This document shows, one piece after another, positions 26,100 to 39,360 of a stretch of 64,000 bases of DNA. The translations under genes and the position numbers were made by a program. The first letter of the stretch is position 1; each line of letters opens with the position of its first letter. Location: NCBI GenBank assembly GCA_004431415.1, contig QPMI01000709.1, positions 186,001 to 250,000 of the forward strand, read 5' to 3'. Below the pieces are notes generated by a model that saw nothing but the letters and a program-made list of their open reading frames with translations, was not told where the DNA came from and made no database searches. This DNA comes from Cyanophora paradoxa CCMP329. Taxonomy: Eukaryota; Plantae; Glaucophyta.

Positions 26100-28801
26100 T
26101 CAAATCGCTTCGTCTATGACACCCCATCTCATGGCTTCTAGTTCCTCTGGAAGGGAGGCGGCGGACCAGTAGAGGACGTCGGAGAGGGCGAAGCGCTTTC
26201 GCACGTACGGCGCGAACGACACCGCCCACTCGTACTGCCCGGGGCGGGGGCGTAAGAGCGGCCGGGGGCGAGGAGGGGCGGGTTGGGGCGGGGCGGGCGC
26301 GCCTGCTGGCGGGTGACATGGGGGGAGACGTCGAGGCCCTCCGGGGCCGTCGCGATGCCGGCACCCGCCACCAGCTTCCGCACCTGCCCGCCCCGAGCCC
26401 GCTTAGCATCGGGGCGGGTCGGATCGGATCAGATCAGGGCCGGCCTCAGAGTAGGGGGTGACGAGGGTGCGGAGGTGCGCGCGGATCTGCGGCCGGCAGA
26501 GGTGAGGCGGGCACCGGGCCGCCTCTCTCCCACCCCATCGAGTCGCCGGGGCCGGGGGCCGGGCGGGCGGGCGGGGGCGGACCTCGGGCCAACGGGCCTG
26601 GAAGGAGGCCCAGGAGGTGCCTCGGGGCCCCCGCCCCTCCACCACCGCCTGGAACCTGCCGCGCGAGGGCCTCAGAGGCGCGCGGCGCAGGGGGTCGCCG
26701 GTGGGCGCACCGCTCGTTCTTGTAGACGAGCTCGGCGGCGAAGCCGCGGCCGGCGCGCTCGGCGGCGGCGCGGGCGGCCGGCGGGAGCGCGTGGGGCGCC
26801 CCCGGCTCGACGACGAAGGGCGCCGACTCGACGAGCACGGCGCAGTCCCGCGCCACCTCCTCCGGCCCCGGCACCCGCACCTGCCGCCCCGCCCGTGAGG
26901 AGGGCCGGCGGTCGTGCAGAATCTAAGCTCGCCGAAGAGTTCTCAAGTCTAGGCTAAGCACGGAAGAGGTTCTCGTCGAAAACGCTTAGGGGACAGAGCT
27001 AGGGAAGGGGGGCACCTCGGTCTCGTCGAGGTTGGGGAGGGAGAGGAGCCAGTCGTAGCCGGCGGCGGAGGTCAGGCACGCTGCCGGGCCGTGAGAAAAA
27101 ACAAGAAGCGGGAGGGAAAGAGAGGGAGGGGAAAGGAGGGCGCGCCGAGGGCGACCTGCTCGCCGTGGAGGACGAGCGGGTCCCTCGCCGTGTACCGCAA
27201 AAAGTCCAGCGCTGCCCGCCGCCGTCCGTCAGAGGGCCGCCGGCGAGAGGGACCGAGCTAGGCGGGCCGGCTCGAGGGGCTCCGACTCGAGCCAGGAGCA
27301 CGGAGCCGCGCACCGTGCGAGATCTCGTGCTCGTACCTGCGCGAGGGGTCGCCGAGCGTCAGGCCGGGGCCGGCGCGCCGAGGGAGGGGTGCGCCGAGGG
27401 GCGCCCGGGGCAGGCCGCACCCGGAGAGGGGCGTCGTCTCGCCCGACGTCGACATCGCGCTGCGCCGCGTCAGCGGCAGCGGCGCAGGGGCGAGCGGCGA
27501 ACGCCGCAGCTAACGCATCGCCGGGAGGGGTACGCACATGCCGGCCATGACGAGGCAGGCGGCGGAGGCCTTCGCCGTACCCTCGTCCAGCTTCTCCCCC
27601 GCAAAGCCCTGTACCCCGAATTATGTGGGAGAAAGGACAGGGGTACGGAGGCCAAACGGACCGAGGAGATGCTCTTCAGAAGGTCCATGAAGGGCGCCGT
27701 CACGCGGAAGGCCTGAAAGGGGTACCCGTGAGGAAGGGCGGGGCAGTGTGAAAAGGGGAGTACACGCCTGCTCGTCGTAGCGCTCGACCATGCCGAGCTC
27801 CCATGCGAGGTACCAGTCTGGCGGGGGAGTCAGAGGGTTGAACGCGGCGGGCCGCGGGGGGTACGGGGCGCACCGCCGTAGGCGATGAGGCGGGCGAGCA
27901 TGTCGCCGTACCCCGCGCGCGAGAGCGCCACGGGGGCCTTCTCGATGATGGGGTACACGAAGAAGTTGGCTGGGTACGCGTGAGGACGGCGCGTACGCGT
28001 ACATCGGGTCACTGCGGACCGTCGGGGCAGCGGGAGACGAGGGATGCCTTCTTTCCGGCGTCGTCGATGACGGCGAACGTGGACGTGAACGCGGTGACCG
28101 TGATGGCCGTGGGGAAGACGACGAGCGGCGTCCCCGTCATCCCCTCGAGGTGCATCGCGTGCTTCGTCAGGTCCGAGAGCGTCCCTGCCCGGCGCGCTCA
28201 GCGGGGAGAGGGGGACGCGCGGAGCGAGGCGGCGTGAAGCGCGTGCCGGTGCAGAGGACGCAGACGGAGCCACCAACGGCCTTCTCCCGCAGCAGCTTGC
28301 GGAGGGCGGGCAGGTTCTGGACCGAAGCATGCAGATCCTCGGGCTTCACTCCGACGGCGTCGGAGGCGTTGACGAGCTCCGCCTTCGCGAAGCCGGCCTG
28401 CACGCCCCCTCGCGATCAGGAATTCGATCCGGTGCGGCGCTCGCCGCCGGGCCGCTCGCAGCGTGCGCACATTCTTACACGAAGCGAGGACGACGTCGTC
28501 GACGAGCTCAGTGGTCCCCCTGTACTTCTTCGGGACACCATCCACCAGCAAGAGCAGCTGCACAGCGCGCGGGAGTCAGCGAGCGCGCGTCCAAGCAATG
28601 CGTCAGAGCGCTCACAGGCTCGTTCAGAGCGTCTGGTCGGCGCTGGACGAGAAAGGCCTTTAGCTCGCGCGTCGCATCGTCCGCTGAGGCGCTCCACCTT
28701 ACAAACGGCAGCACATGCTGCCACGCCGGGTCGCTGGCCAGCCCGGAGTCCCGCAGGACGTCATCAAGGAGCTGGAATGGGTCTTTGCTGATGTCTGCCA
28801 T
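26100..28801 (-). CDS. sn-glycerol-1-phosphate dehydrogenase-like protein (AraM/EgsA family, DHQ-synthase/Fe-ADH fold)
   Basis: GTLSDLTKHA, PLVVFPTAITVTAFTS, PIIEKAPVALSRAGYGDMLAR..DW, TPLSG-YEHEISH, LHGEQV and C-terminal FAPYVRKRFALSD parallel the AraM motifs in the same order. Confidence 0.75.
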
Positions 28802-29142
28802 CGGCGGGAAAAACCGGCGGTTGGTGCGCTGAACTTGACCTTTGCGTTGGCTGCTGCTGGCCTCGAGAAGCTTGCGCAAGGCGCTGGAATCGGCCGCGGG
28901 GGACGAGCGGGACGCGCTGGGACGGTAAAAGGGCAAGAAGCCTCTTCAAGTTGCAAGTTCAGCGGATCAACCGTATACCCCCCGGTCGACTGCGGGGCTG
29001 CGGCGTCACTGCGCCGCAGCGGCGTCACTGCCCGTCTTATCACTGCGGCCTGCCATCGCCGACTGGCATTAATTGAATGTGCTTTTAAGCGCCAGCGGCT
29101 TCGTCTAGAGCGTCTGCGTCATCGTTGAGAGCCGCTTCTGCG

Positions 29143-30359
29143 ATGCTTGCGAAGCCGGAGAGCGGCGAGCTTGCGGGGCTCGCGGCGGAGCTCGAGCTGC
29201 GGGACGCGCGGGCCGAGCTGCACTCGCTGCGGCGGCGCGTTCGCTCGGCGCAGGAGCACCTGAACGCGCAGGACGACGTGATTCGCACGCTCCTTTCGCT
29301 CCTTGTCCAGACGCAGGAGGACGTCGTTGATTTGATCACGGAGGTCGAATACGAGTCGCTGCGAGGTTCGCCTAGCGCTAGCGCACGCGGGCGCGGCGAC
29401 CGCGGCTGACCCTCTTTTCGCGCCCAGCCGCGTCTCTGTGCGACCCAGGGGCGCCCATCTCGCCTGCCGTGGGCACGCTGACGCTGGATGCCGGACCTGG
29501 CGTGCCCTTGGTCGTGGCCGAGTACGACGAACCCCCGCCGGATCGCGCCTCGACCCTCGCCACCGCGCTCCGCGTCGCCCGCTTCCCGAAGATCGTGTAC
29601 CGCGACGTGCGCCGGCCCTGTGCCCGCTGCGGCTAGCATTTTCGCTCCAACGCGCACCTCGCCCCGCAGGTCGCTGTCTTCTCGGGCGCGGGAGCGGAGG
29701 AGGAAATCGCGGACGTCGTGCTCACGAATGAGGAGGTCGCGCTTCGCTCGGGGCCGCGACTTTTCCGCCGGTTCCGGCGGCAGAGCCCGCCCGATCGGTG
29801 CCTGCCCCTCGCGGGCCTCCAGGCGCGCTTGGCGCTCGGAGAACCTCCCGCACAGTCTCAGGTGCTGACGGGTGCGCAGGTCGAGATCTGTCGCGAGTCC
29901 GAGACTTCCGTCCTCCTCGTACCCGCCCCGGACGCCGCCCCCGCGTCCTCCAGCCCTGCCGCCGCCGCGCCCTCCGCCACCCACATGTACACCACGTGCC
30001 CCGCCGCGCCCCCGCCCCCGCCCCCGCCCCCGCCGGTGCGGCTGCGGCTGGGCACGCGTGCGGCGCGTGACACGGTGTTCCTCGTGGTCGCCCTGAAGGC
30101 CCGCGCGGCGGCGGTGGCGGCCGCCCGCCGCCGGGCGGCGCCCCCGGCCCCGGCCCCGGCCCCGGCGGACCGGAGGGCGCCTCGAGCTCGGCCGGCGCGA
30201 GCCCCGCCGCAAGCCCGCGGAGCGGGACAGGAGCCACAGCTGCAGCTGCAGGGCCCGGGGCGAAGGCGCGCCTCGCGTCCCTCCTCCGCCCCGTCGCCGC
30301 CTTCTTCGCCGAGGACTAGGACCAGGCATGCGGTGGCGGACCGGACGCTGAATCTCTGA
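29143..30359 (+). CDS. Hypothetical protein with N-terminal coiled coil
   Basis: Coiled coil MLAKPESGELAGLAAELELRDARAELHSLRRR... followed by spliced exons with plausible GT-AG introns. No family recognised. Confidence 0.5.
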
Positions 30360-30514
30360 ATTCGATCGCGCACTGCCTACAGCTAGCGCTAGAGTGGAAG
30401 AGTACATACATACATACATACATACATGCGAGGCGCCCGGCCTGCTGCAGCCTGGACGGCTTTCCTGAGCCCGGCCCGGGGCCGCCCCGACCTAGACATG
30501 GCCCACGCCCGGGC

Positions 30515-32807
30515 CTACTGGACGAGCTCGAGGCTGACGAGCAGGTTCGTGATCGCCCGCCGCTCGCCCTGCCGCACCACCGCCGCCTGCCCCCGCACCC
30601 GCTCAGGCCGCGTCGAGGGCGGGCGCGCGGGGCCTCCGGGGGCGGATGAGAGCGGACCTGGCGTGCGGCCTCGGGGGCGCCCTCGCCGGGCGGGGGCATG
30701 TCCGGGAACTCCTCCAGCCGCTGCCCCCCGCCCCTCAGCGCGGGCCCTTCTCTTAACTTTTCAAGGCGGGCGGGGCGCGCCTGGGTGCAGGCGGCCTCGA
30801 GGAAGCGTGCGCCGGCGGCGTTGAGCTCGTACGCGTCCTGCCATAGCGCCTCCAGTTCCGCCTCCCCGCGCGCCGCCGCGATGTTCGCCGCCGCGATCAA
30901 ATCCTGCCGGAGGGGTCATCGAATCTTTGCTCGAGTTCCAGGGGGGAAGAGGCCACCTCGGGGACGGATCCGTCGGCGTAGACGGCGTACACGGGCCCGG
31001 GCCCGTCCCCCGTGCGGTGCCCCGGGCGGGCGTCCCCCTCGGCGTCCCAGTCAATCCCCAGCGACAGGAGCGCGTCGATCTGTACCCGGGGATCAGACGC
31101 GGGGGGAGGGGTGGAAGCAGAGGGGGTACAGGTGCGCGCCTTTTCGTCGCGGAGGGACGTCGTGTCCGACGACGGCATCGGCGGGAGCCGAACCGTGCTG
31201 AACTCGTCCGTGTTCCCCGCGATGACGAACCCGTACCCCACCTGAATGAAGGAGGGGGCGAAGTGAGGGGGGTACCGGCGGGCAGCGTAGGGAGGGGGGC
31301 GCACGAGTGTCTGGGCCGAGGAAAGGGCCCCGTAGCACAGGCGGACCTGCAGAGGGGGTACATCGATCGCCGAGCGGCCCTCGGGGGTAGACGATTTCAA
31401 AGAAGCTGACCTGCTCGCCGGCGCGGATGGGCGCGGATGCCTCGAGGCGGAGGGTGCGGCGGGCCCCGGGCCCCTCCTCCGACGCGATCTCCCACTGCGT
31501 GTGCGCCGCGTCCGCCGGGCTGTGGTTCAGCAGGTCCAGCGCCGGGCACAGCGAGAGCCTGCGGCGCGTCAGCGCAGAGACCACAGCGAAAAGAAGCTGA
31601 GGCGGGCGCGCCGGTTCCACATCTGGCCGGTCTCGCCCCCGGGGAGGTCCTCCTCCCAGCGGAGCAGGCGGACGGCGCGCGTGAAGACGACGCTGAGCGC
31701 CCAGCGGAGGTCCGCCGGGGTACAGGATGCGAGCGCGGGGGCGAGCTGGGCGGCCCGCGCCAGGACGCTCCCCGCCATCGCGGCGACGTAGTCGCGGAGC
31801 TGGAGGGCGTCCCCGTAGGCGCGGGAGCCCCTGAGGAGCTCCAGCTCCTCGTCCTCCCAGAAGAGCTGGGGGCGGGGTGAGCGACGGCGGCGGAGAAGGT
31901 GCCCCAAGGGCGGCGGCGGGCGGCGCACGGGGCTCCCGATGCGCCGCGGCAGTGACGCGATGTACGGCTGCCATACGCTGTCCCTCTGCCCGACGACGCT
32001 CATCAGCGCGTGCAAGCGCAGCGTAGCGGCGCGGCGCAAGCACCCGCTGCCTCTCGTGCAGGATGAACACAGCGAGCGCAACCTGCGGGTGAAGAGCTCG
32101 GGTCGGCGCTCGGCCGCGGACGGGCATAAGGGGCCGAGGGCACCCGCTCGTCGAAATCGTCCAGCAGTGCTGCGGGGCGGCCCGGCGGGAAATGGTTGGG
32201 AGGAGCCTCGGCGCGGAGAGGGAGAGAGAGCGCAGCGCGCACGGGAGAGGACAGATGCGCGGACGGTATCCTCGTTGATCAGAAGGCGCTCGGGGAGCTC
32301 CAGGATGCGCTGGCCTTTGCCGATGTCCTGCGTCGCAAAGAGGCCCCGCACGCCTTCTTCCGAGCCGACGCGGATGCGGCCCAGGTCCACGCCCTCGCCC
32401 TCCAGCCAGCGGAAGAGCGGCGCCGTCGTCGGCTCGTCCGAAGCACCGTCCAGGGCGTCACGCTCCAGCGTCCGCGTGCACACGACATCGATCGGGCCCC
32501 GTTGGGCCGGCCGCCTGCTGAGGAACGCGGGCGAGGTGACGGGGACGCCAACCGGAACCAACGCGATCCGGTTTTGACGCGTGAAGCTTGGTCCGGCGCC
32601 CGTGACACTGCGTGTGTGAAGCATGTGCGTTGCCGGCGGGGGCCCCGCTTGCCGTCGCCGCCGCTGGGCGCCAAGCGAGCAAGAACCGACGCTCCCGTGC
32701 GCCGCGACCTGGGCGCTCGAGCTGCATGCCGCAGGTTGCTGCTCAATTTGAGCCTGCCTGCAGCGCGCGGAAGGCCCCGCGGCCGCGAGGGAAAAGCCGA
32801 CGTGCAT
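30515..32807 (-). CDS. Rubisco LSMT-like SET-domain lysine methyltransferase, probably plastid-targeted
   Basis: LFRWLEGEG...GVRGLFATQDIGKGQRILELPERLLI, WQPYIASLP, LRWALSVVFTRA, LCPALDLLNHS, IRAGEQVRLCYG...YGFVIAGN. Transit-peptide-like N-terminus. Confidence 0.85.
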
Positions 32808-33324
32808 CTCCGCGTTCTGGCCGGACGGCCACGCGACAGCTGCTAGCTCCGACAGCGGCCTGTGACACGCGTCTATAATGGCTGTGCTAATGCGCTGACG
32901 TCGGTGGGCGATCGGCAGTCACGGTTTCTCCAACTTCGAGCGCCTGTACCCCGCGAGCTCAGCTCCGACGCGGCTGGCGGCCGCGGCGACGGCGACCGAC
33001 GCGCCAACTCGACGTAGCCACCGGTGGCATCGGCACCGCCGCCCTGATCGAAAAGTGATCGCAGCGCCACCGGCGGATCGAACCGGACGCTCGGCATCTA
33101 GATCTAAACTATACCTCAGCTGAAGCTAACGAACCTGATCATGACGCGCCGATTCCGGGACATCATGATCAATTGCAAGCTGCCAGGCTGCTTCCGGATC
33201 CCTCGGCATATGCATCACTGTTGTACATGTACATGTGAGCTGCTGCCTTCAATTCGTTGACGTGACACGCGCGGGATCAATACTACGATACTTATAGATA
33301 AGGGCATCCGGTCCGGCCTGCTGT

Positions 33325-35220
33325 CTAGACCTGGACGTGGGGGAGGGTCGGCGGCATGCGGAGCCCCGGGACGTGCGGGGGGGCGGGCGGCGCCGCATCC
33401 CCCTCCTCCTCCTCCTCCTTCGCATTCGCCTGTGGCTGCGGCTCCACGTGCGAGTGAGCTCGCGGTCCGACGTCCGCGTCCGCGCGAGCGCCAGGCGAGG
33501 GAAAGGATCACCTGCTGCGCCGCCGTTGCTGTGGAGGCGGAGTGCTTGGCGGCGCCGTCCTCGTCCGAGGCTCCGTCGAGATCCGCGAGGGCCGACTTGG
33601 CGCTCTGCCGGCGGCGTCAGCGCCGGCGCCACGGGGCGGGACGGGGCGGGCTCGCCTTGGCGCCGGCCCCGAAGGCGGGGTCCAGGACCAGCCGCGGGTG
33701 CTCCCGCGTGCACATCTCCACCGGCACCGCCGCCGTCTGAGCCGAGGGGGGGTAAGAGGGAAGGGTGGGGGGGGGGGGGGTAGCGAACGCTGAGGTGCAG
33801 GCGCCGCTGAAGGATCGTGGCCCCGTGCCTGTACGTGTTGTACGACTGCAGCGTCACCGTCTGCCACTCGGGGTACGCCTTCTGGATCTGCGGGGCCGGG
33901 TACGCGGGGCGTCATGGTTGCACTCCGCTGAATTAGGGAAGAGACGGAGGGCCCGGGGTACCCAGTCCACGAAGACTCGCTCGCCGATCTGCCGGGGGTG
34001 ATTGAGGGGAGGGGTACAGAAGAGAGGGGAGACCGGGGGCGGGGGTACGCGTGCAGGCACGCCTGGTGGTGGAAGCCACACTTGTTAGGCAGGTCGCAGG
34101 AGCAGGCGCCCTCCTTGAGCCGCTCGTGCTTGTGGAGGCCTGCGGGGGACCGGGGCGGGGCGGGGCGGGGTGAGGAGGGGCGCCGAGGCAGAGAGGGCAA
34201 GCAGGACGCGCCGGTGTCGTGCACGATCACGAGGGCGTCCGGGGCCAGCACCTGCAGCAGGCGCGGCCACAGCATGTACTGCGCGGCGCGAGGAGGCGAG
34301 AGCCCGCGTCGGGCGAGAGCGGGGGCAATATAAGAAACGAGGAGGAGGGGGCACCTGGATGTTGAAGGTGTGGCCGGCGTCGAGGAACGCGAGATCGACG
34401 GCGCGGTGGTCCACATCCGCCGGATCGAATTTCGTCTGGTCCTTCTGCTTAAACTTGAACCTGGCCCGGCGACGCGCGTCGGCGATGCGGCGGAGCGGGC
34501 GAGAGGAGCACACTGCGCGCACCGGGGGTCCGAGTACTCGGGGCGCTGGAATGGGATCGGGGTGATGTCGAAGCTGTAGAGCCTGCGTAGATGGGCGCGG
34601 CAGCGGTCACGGCATCGGGCGAGGGGCGAGCGCTGCGCGGGGCGCGCGCGCCGGGCGTCCTCGTCGAGGGCGCGCAGCCAGTTGACCGCCGAGTCGCCCT
34701 TGAAGAATCCGAACTCAACGACGACCTTCGGCCGCACCGTCTTCACGAGCCCGAACAGCAGAAGCGCCTGCATGGCCCGCCCGCGTGTCAGTTTTTGAAA
34801 TTATGCGCCGAAGGCGCCGCGTTGCCAACCTCGTCGTCCTGGAGCGGACCGACGACGAACTCCGTGTCTTGCTGAAGGTGCGACAGATCGTACTTCAGCT
34901 TTGGGGGCGGTTCGCAGGCCATGCCCGCAACCTCGCTGCGGATGGCGCGCGCGGCCGTGGAATCGGCCGCCGGCGCCACCTGCGCGGCTGTCAGCTGCGG
35001 CGCGGCGTACGTGGTCGCCAAGATCAGGTACCGGCTTTCTCTCATCGCCGCCATGAATGTCCAGCTGCAGCTGACCGCGCAACGTTGTCGCGACGAACGA
35101 AATGATAAACAGCGCGAGTCCGACGAGGGGCAACAGAGTACGCGGGCGTCTGCAAGCGCGGGACCAGCGCCGCGCGACTGTGCGCAAGCGGCCGCGCTTA
35201 TCGTGCTCATCCTCGGCCAT
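33325..35220 (-). CDS. Type II membrane-anchored class I SAM methyltransferase (Methyltransf_24-like)
   Basis: N-terminal TM segment LLPLVGLALFIISFVA; RPKVVVEFGFFKGDSA; DLAFLDAGHT; LAPDALVIVHDT. 3' end is approximate. Confidence 0.8.
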
Positions 35221-35404
35221 GGTGCTGCGGCCGGGAGCTGTTGCCGTCAGCGAAAGAGCGTCAGCGGCTCGGAAGGCGGTCGATCAGACGCCAAGCACCT
35301 CACTTAAACGATACGGGACGATCGCGCGTGCGCCAGAGGACCAGCGTGTGCGCCAGAGGACCGCCTAAGTTCTCTTCTGTCAGGGTACAGCAGTTCGGCG
35401 AAAG

Positions 35405-37101
35405 ATGGCCGACGCAGCGAAGAAAGATGCGGCGACGTTCTCTCTGGTGAGCTGGCTTGCTAGAAGATCTGACATCGGGCTGAAGTCGCCGCAGATCGGC
35501 GCCCTAGTATCTCAAGCCGCCACAAAACTCGGCAAACACGACCCGGACGACGGCGCGGACGGCGCAGCAGGTTCGCGCAATACATTTCTTCAGCCTGCGC
35601 ACGAATCGAACGCTCCGTGCAGGCGAGAAGGCAAGCGTCGTCGAGAGTGACCCCGAAACTTCGTGCGCTAGGGCGAGGAGCCGGCCGGACGCGAACGGCC
35701 TCGAGGACAACGATGCCGATCCAGACGTGCAGCCATGCCCGGCGGCCAGCCTCGCCGACGACGCCGGAGCTGCTCCACGGGGCGACGAGGTAGGGAGCCA
35801 GGCGGCTGGCAGCGCGGCCGGTGCCGGCCCTTCCCGCAGCGACTACGAGCCTCCGACACCTCAGCGGCATGATCGCGACGCGTCCGGATGCGCCTCCTCG
35901 TCCTCCCCGCCCCCAGCCGCCGCGCCCAAAGAGAAGAAGAAAAAGAAGAAGAAGAAGGGGAGGAAGAACAAGTCGGCGGACGATTCGTCGTCTTCGGGCG
36001 AGGACGGCGGCTCGGCGCACGGGTCGGCAGCGTCGCCCCCGCCCGCGCCGGCCGCCGCGCCGCCGGCGAGGTCCCCGAGCCCCTCGATCCCCGCGGCGGC
36101 GCCGCCGCCGGCAGCGGCGAACCTGGCGACCGGAGCGGCGTCTCCTGCGATCGCGGCGGCACAGCAGCTGCTGAGCGCGCTGCGGAGCGGGCCGGCCTCG
36201 CCGCTGGCGGCCGACTCGCAGTTCTCGGGGGGCCGCGCGGTGCGGCCCGGCGCGGCGCACGAGACCGTGTTCGTGTCGGCGCTCAACACGGCGCTGTACA
36301 ACCTGCGCTCCATCGACTCGCAGCTCTCGCTGCTGGCCGCCCACGCCCGCGCCTCGGGGGCCGTCCCCGCCCCCTCGCTCCCCGCCGTCCGCGAGTTCGG
36401 CGCCCTCGCCTCCTCCATCGCCTCCCACGCCGCCGTCCTCTCCTCCCTCCTCGAGGCCTCCCCCGCCCCGCCCCCATCCGCCCCCGCACCCGCCCCCGCC
36501 CCCGCCCCGGCCCCCGCATCCGCATCCGCCCCCGCCCCCTCTCCCTCCCCCGCTTCCCCCGCACCCTCGGCGGGCCCCTCGGACACGGCCAAGCGACAGC
36601 TTCGCGTGTGGGAGAAGGACGTCTGGCTACCCCTCCTCGTACGCCCTTTTATCTAGTCTCGTACCCCTCCCCGCCCTAGCCGACCCCCCTCCCTCGCCGC
36701 GCCAGCTGGCGTCGGTGGGGCGGCACGCGCCGAAGGGCCTGGAGGACGCGGAGGCGTGGGGGGCGGTGGCCTCGGACCTGGGCAGCGACCCGACGACGGC
36801 CAAGCTGCACTACTACCTCGCCACCGACCCCGAGGCCTCCAGGTGCCCGCGCGGCCCGCTCTCGGCCCCTCAGCTCTCATCTTGCCGCGGCGTCTCACTC
36901 CCACGCTCCCTTGCTTGCGCTGCAACAGGACGCCCTGGCGCACCCCGGCGATGCTGCAGCGCCTCCACGCCGAGGAGCTCGCCTCCGTGCGCCCTCTGAG
37001 CTCTGGCGAGGTTCCTCATGGAAGATTCCTGACATCCCTTCCTCGCGCAGTACGTCAACTTCGGGAAGAAGGGCGCCGCCGCCGCCAAGGCCTCGGCGTA
37101 G
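35405..37101 (+). CDS. Hypothetical nuclear protein with possible C-terminal Myb/SANT-like helix-turn-helix
   Basis: Poly-Lys NLS (KEKKKKKKKKGRK), low-complexity linker, and C-terminal RVWEKD...EAWGAVASDLGSDPTTAKLHYY. Confidence 0.5.
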
Positions 37102-37769
37102 GCGTCCCGGGGGCCCGCCTCCCCTCCGGGTCCCGCGGCCTCCTGTCTCTCTTGTAAGATGCTGCTGGATGAGTTTATCTCTGACAGAATCTGACACACC
37201 GCAATGCACTGAACCTCGGAAATTCAGCAGTCTGGGGGTAGCTGAAGGGTTTTTAGCCTAGTAGCTATAGATCGGCCCCCTAGACTTTACTAGCTAGCTC
37301 ATAATCATCTTGAATCATGAACTCGGAACTCGGAATGGATCCCGGACTCCGGGAAGCCTTGAAGAGCTCTATAGCTACTATAGCTAATACTGGACCCCCG
37401 GCCCGGTGACCAGGCTTCTTTCTGCATTTAGAATTCGAGCTCGAGCGTTTCACCGTGATGCGCATGCTGCCCGACGGGGCGCGCGAACTACAAGTCAGGC
37501 AAACGATTTGAAATCGAGCCTCGGAGCCTCGGAGCTCATATGCATTTTGAGCCACTAGACTCGGACTAGCGCGCGCGCGGGGCCGGCGCTGCTCATGAGC
37601 CTCGGAGCATGCATGCGTATGCATGGTTCAAGGTTTGTACAAAAGTGACAAATACTGTCTACAGTGTCCAAGATCCGATGATCCGATGATCTTGATGTAG
37701 ATGTGATCATGATGACCATCGGATTCTGATCTAGATGTCGACCTGGCGGCTGGCGCCGCCGCCGGCGCC

Positions 37770-39071
37770 TCAGGCAGAGGGCGGGGCGCGGAAGTGGGGC
37801 GCGTGCGCGTGCGCATGCACGCAATCCAGCCGCGCGTGCTTCTCCTGGGCCGCCGGCACCGGCGCCTTGGCCTCCGATCCGGAGCCGCCGGCCTCCGCCT
37901 TCTTCGGCTGGCCGTAGGAGCGCGTGGAGAGGCGGTTCGCGGCCTGCTCCTCCTCCGAGAGGGGTACGGGGCCCAGCGCCAGGCTGTGGATGTACATCGC
38001 GCACGTCTCCTCCGCCTGAGGGGACAGGAGAGTGAGGGGTACAGGCGCGGGCGAGGGCCGGGGGGAGAAGGGGGGGGAGAGGTGGCGAAGGGGAGTACCA
38101 GCTCCGCAAAGAAGAAGGCCTCCTTGAGGCTCTTGCCGAACTGGACGGGGTACGCGATCGTGAGATTCGATCCACAATAAAATGAAGCGAAACTTGAAAA
38201 TCGAATCCGCGGCGCACGGCGATGAGACCGTGGTTGGCCATGAGGACGACCTTGGGGACGGGCCGGTCCTCGCGGGGCCCGAGCTCGGCGGCGACGCTGT
38301 CCGCGAGCGCCTGCGTGCCGATGGGGGCGTACTTGGCGCAGGGCACCTCCCCGCCCAGGAAGACCGCCATCGTGTCCGTGATGCAGGGCAGGGGCCTCCT
38401 GCAGCACGCCACCGAGACCGCCATCTTCGAGTGCGTGTGCACCACGGAGGCGGCGACCTCGAAGGGCTGCTGGAGGTACACGGCGCGGTGCAGCGGCGTC
38501 TCGATGCTGCGCGCGCGCGATGACGAGGATCCGCGGAAATTCAGCTCGGCTGCGAGAATAGCTTCCGGCGCAGGGCTCGAGCTCGCCTCGGGTTACGGAT
38601 GCCCTTCTCGACGTTCCCCGTTGAGATGCGGACCAGCACGAGGTCCTGCAGGAGCGAAGTTATTCGATGCGGTGTATACGTATGCTATCGTCACTTTGCG
38701 CCACGGCCCCACTTGCCTCGTTCACGAGGTCGGTGTATGGAATACCTGCGCGCTCTCGATCTTAATGCAAGCAGAGCGAGAGCATGGACCGCGTGGCGCG
38801 CCGCAGCTCACCGGACGGGGTGATGAGAAAAAGGTCCGGCGCGATGCGCACGGAAATGTTCCCGCACGTTCCCTGCGCAGGGTGCGATGTAGCATCAGCA
38901 GAGAAGATGCGTACGCCGAGCGTCGGCCAGCTGGAGCGGGTTGCGAGCGCTCGAGGCGCTTGCCCCTTCCAGCGAGCGCGCACGCACCAACACGAGGCCA
39001 CGCGTTGAGAGCAGCAGCGCGTGCTTGATGATGTCCTCAGAGACGCGCGAGACGTCCATCTCGAGGTTCAT
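37770..39071 (-). CDS. Class II aldolase/adducin-family protein (FucA-like)
   Basis: GTCGNISVR, FLITPSG, PSIETPLHRAVY, VVHTHS and VLMANHGLIA carry the Zn-binding histidines of the FucA/AraD/MtnB family. Confidence 0.9.
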
Positions 39072-39360
39072 GTCTAGTTGACAACTTGTGATCGGGGCGC
39101 GTCCGCTGCAGTCTGCTGTCGTGCACGCGTTCTAGGACCGGTAAAGACGCTCTGCGTGCGCTGATCGCCTGCGGCGCGGCTCTTCCAGACTGCTGAAGTT
39201 TGGCTGCGGGGGTACGCGCCCCTTGGAATTGAGCCTGGCGCATAGCAGTGCGAGCTTGGCGACCAGCTTGGATCCACCGCAAACCGTTTAACAAGCTTCA
39301 ATTTTACTGAGGGCACAGGCACGTGAGGGTCACGCGGCGAGCTCGCCGCTCGGCGCTGAG

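Noticed and set aside
30400-30430. (TACA)n microsatellite and long G/C homopolymers in introns
   Set aside because: Ordinary simple repeats.
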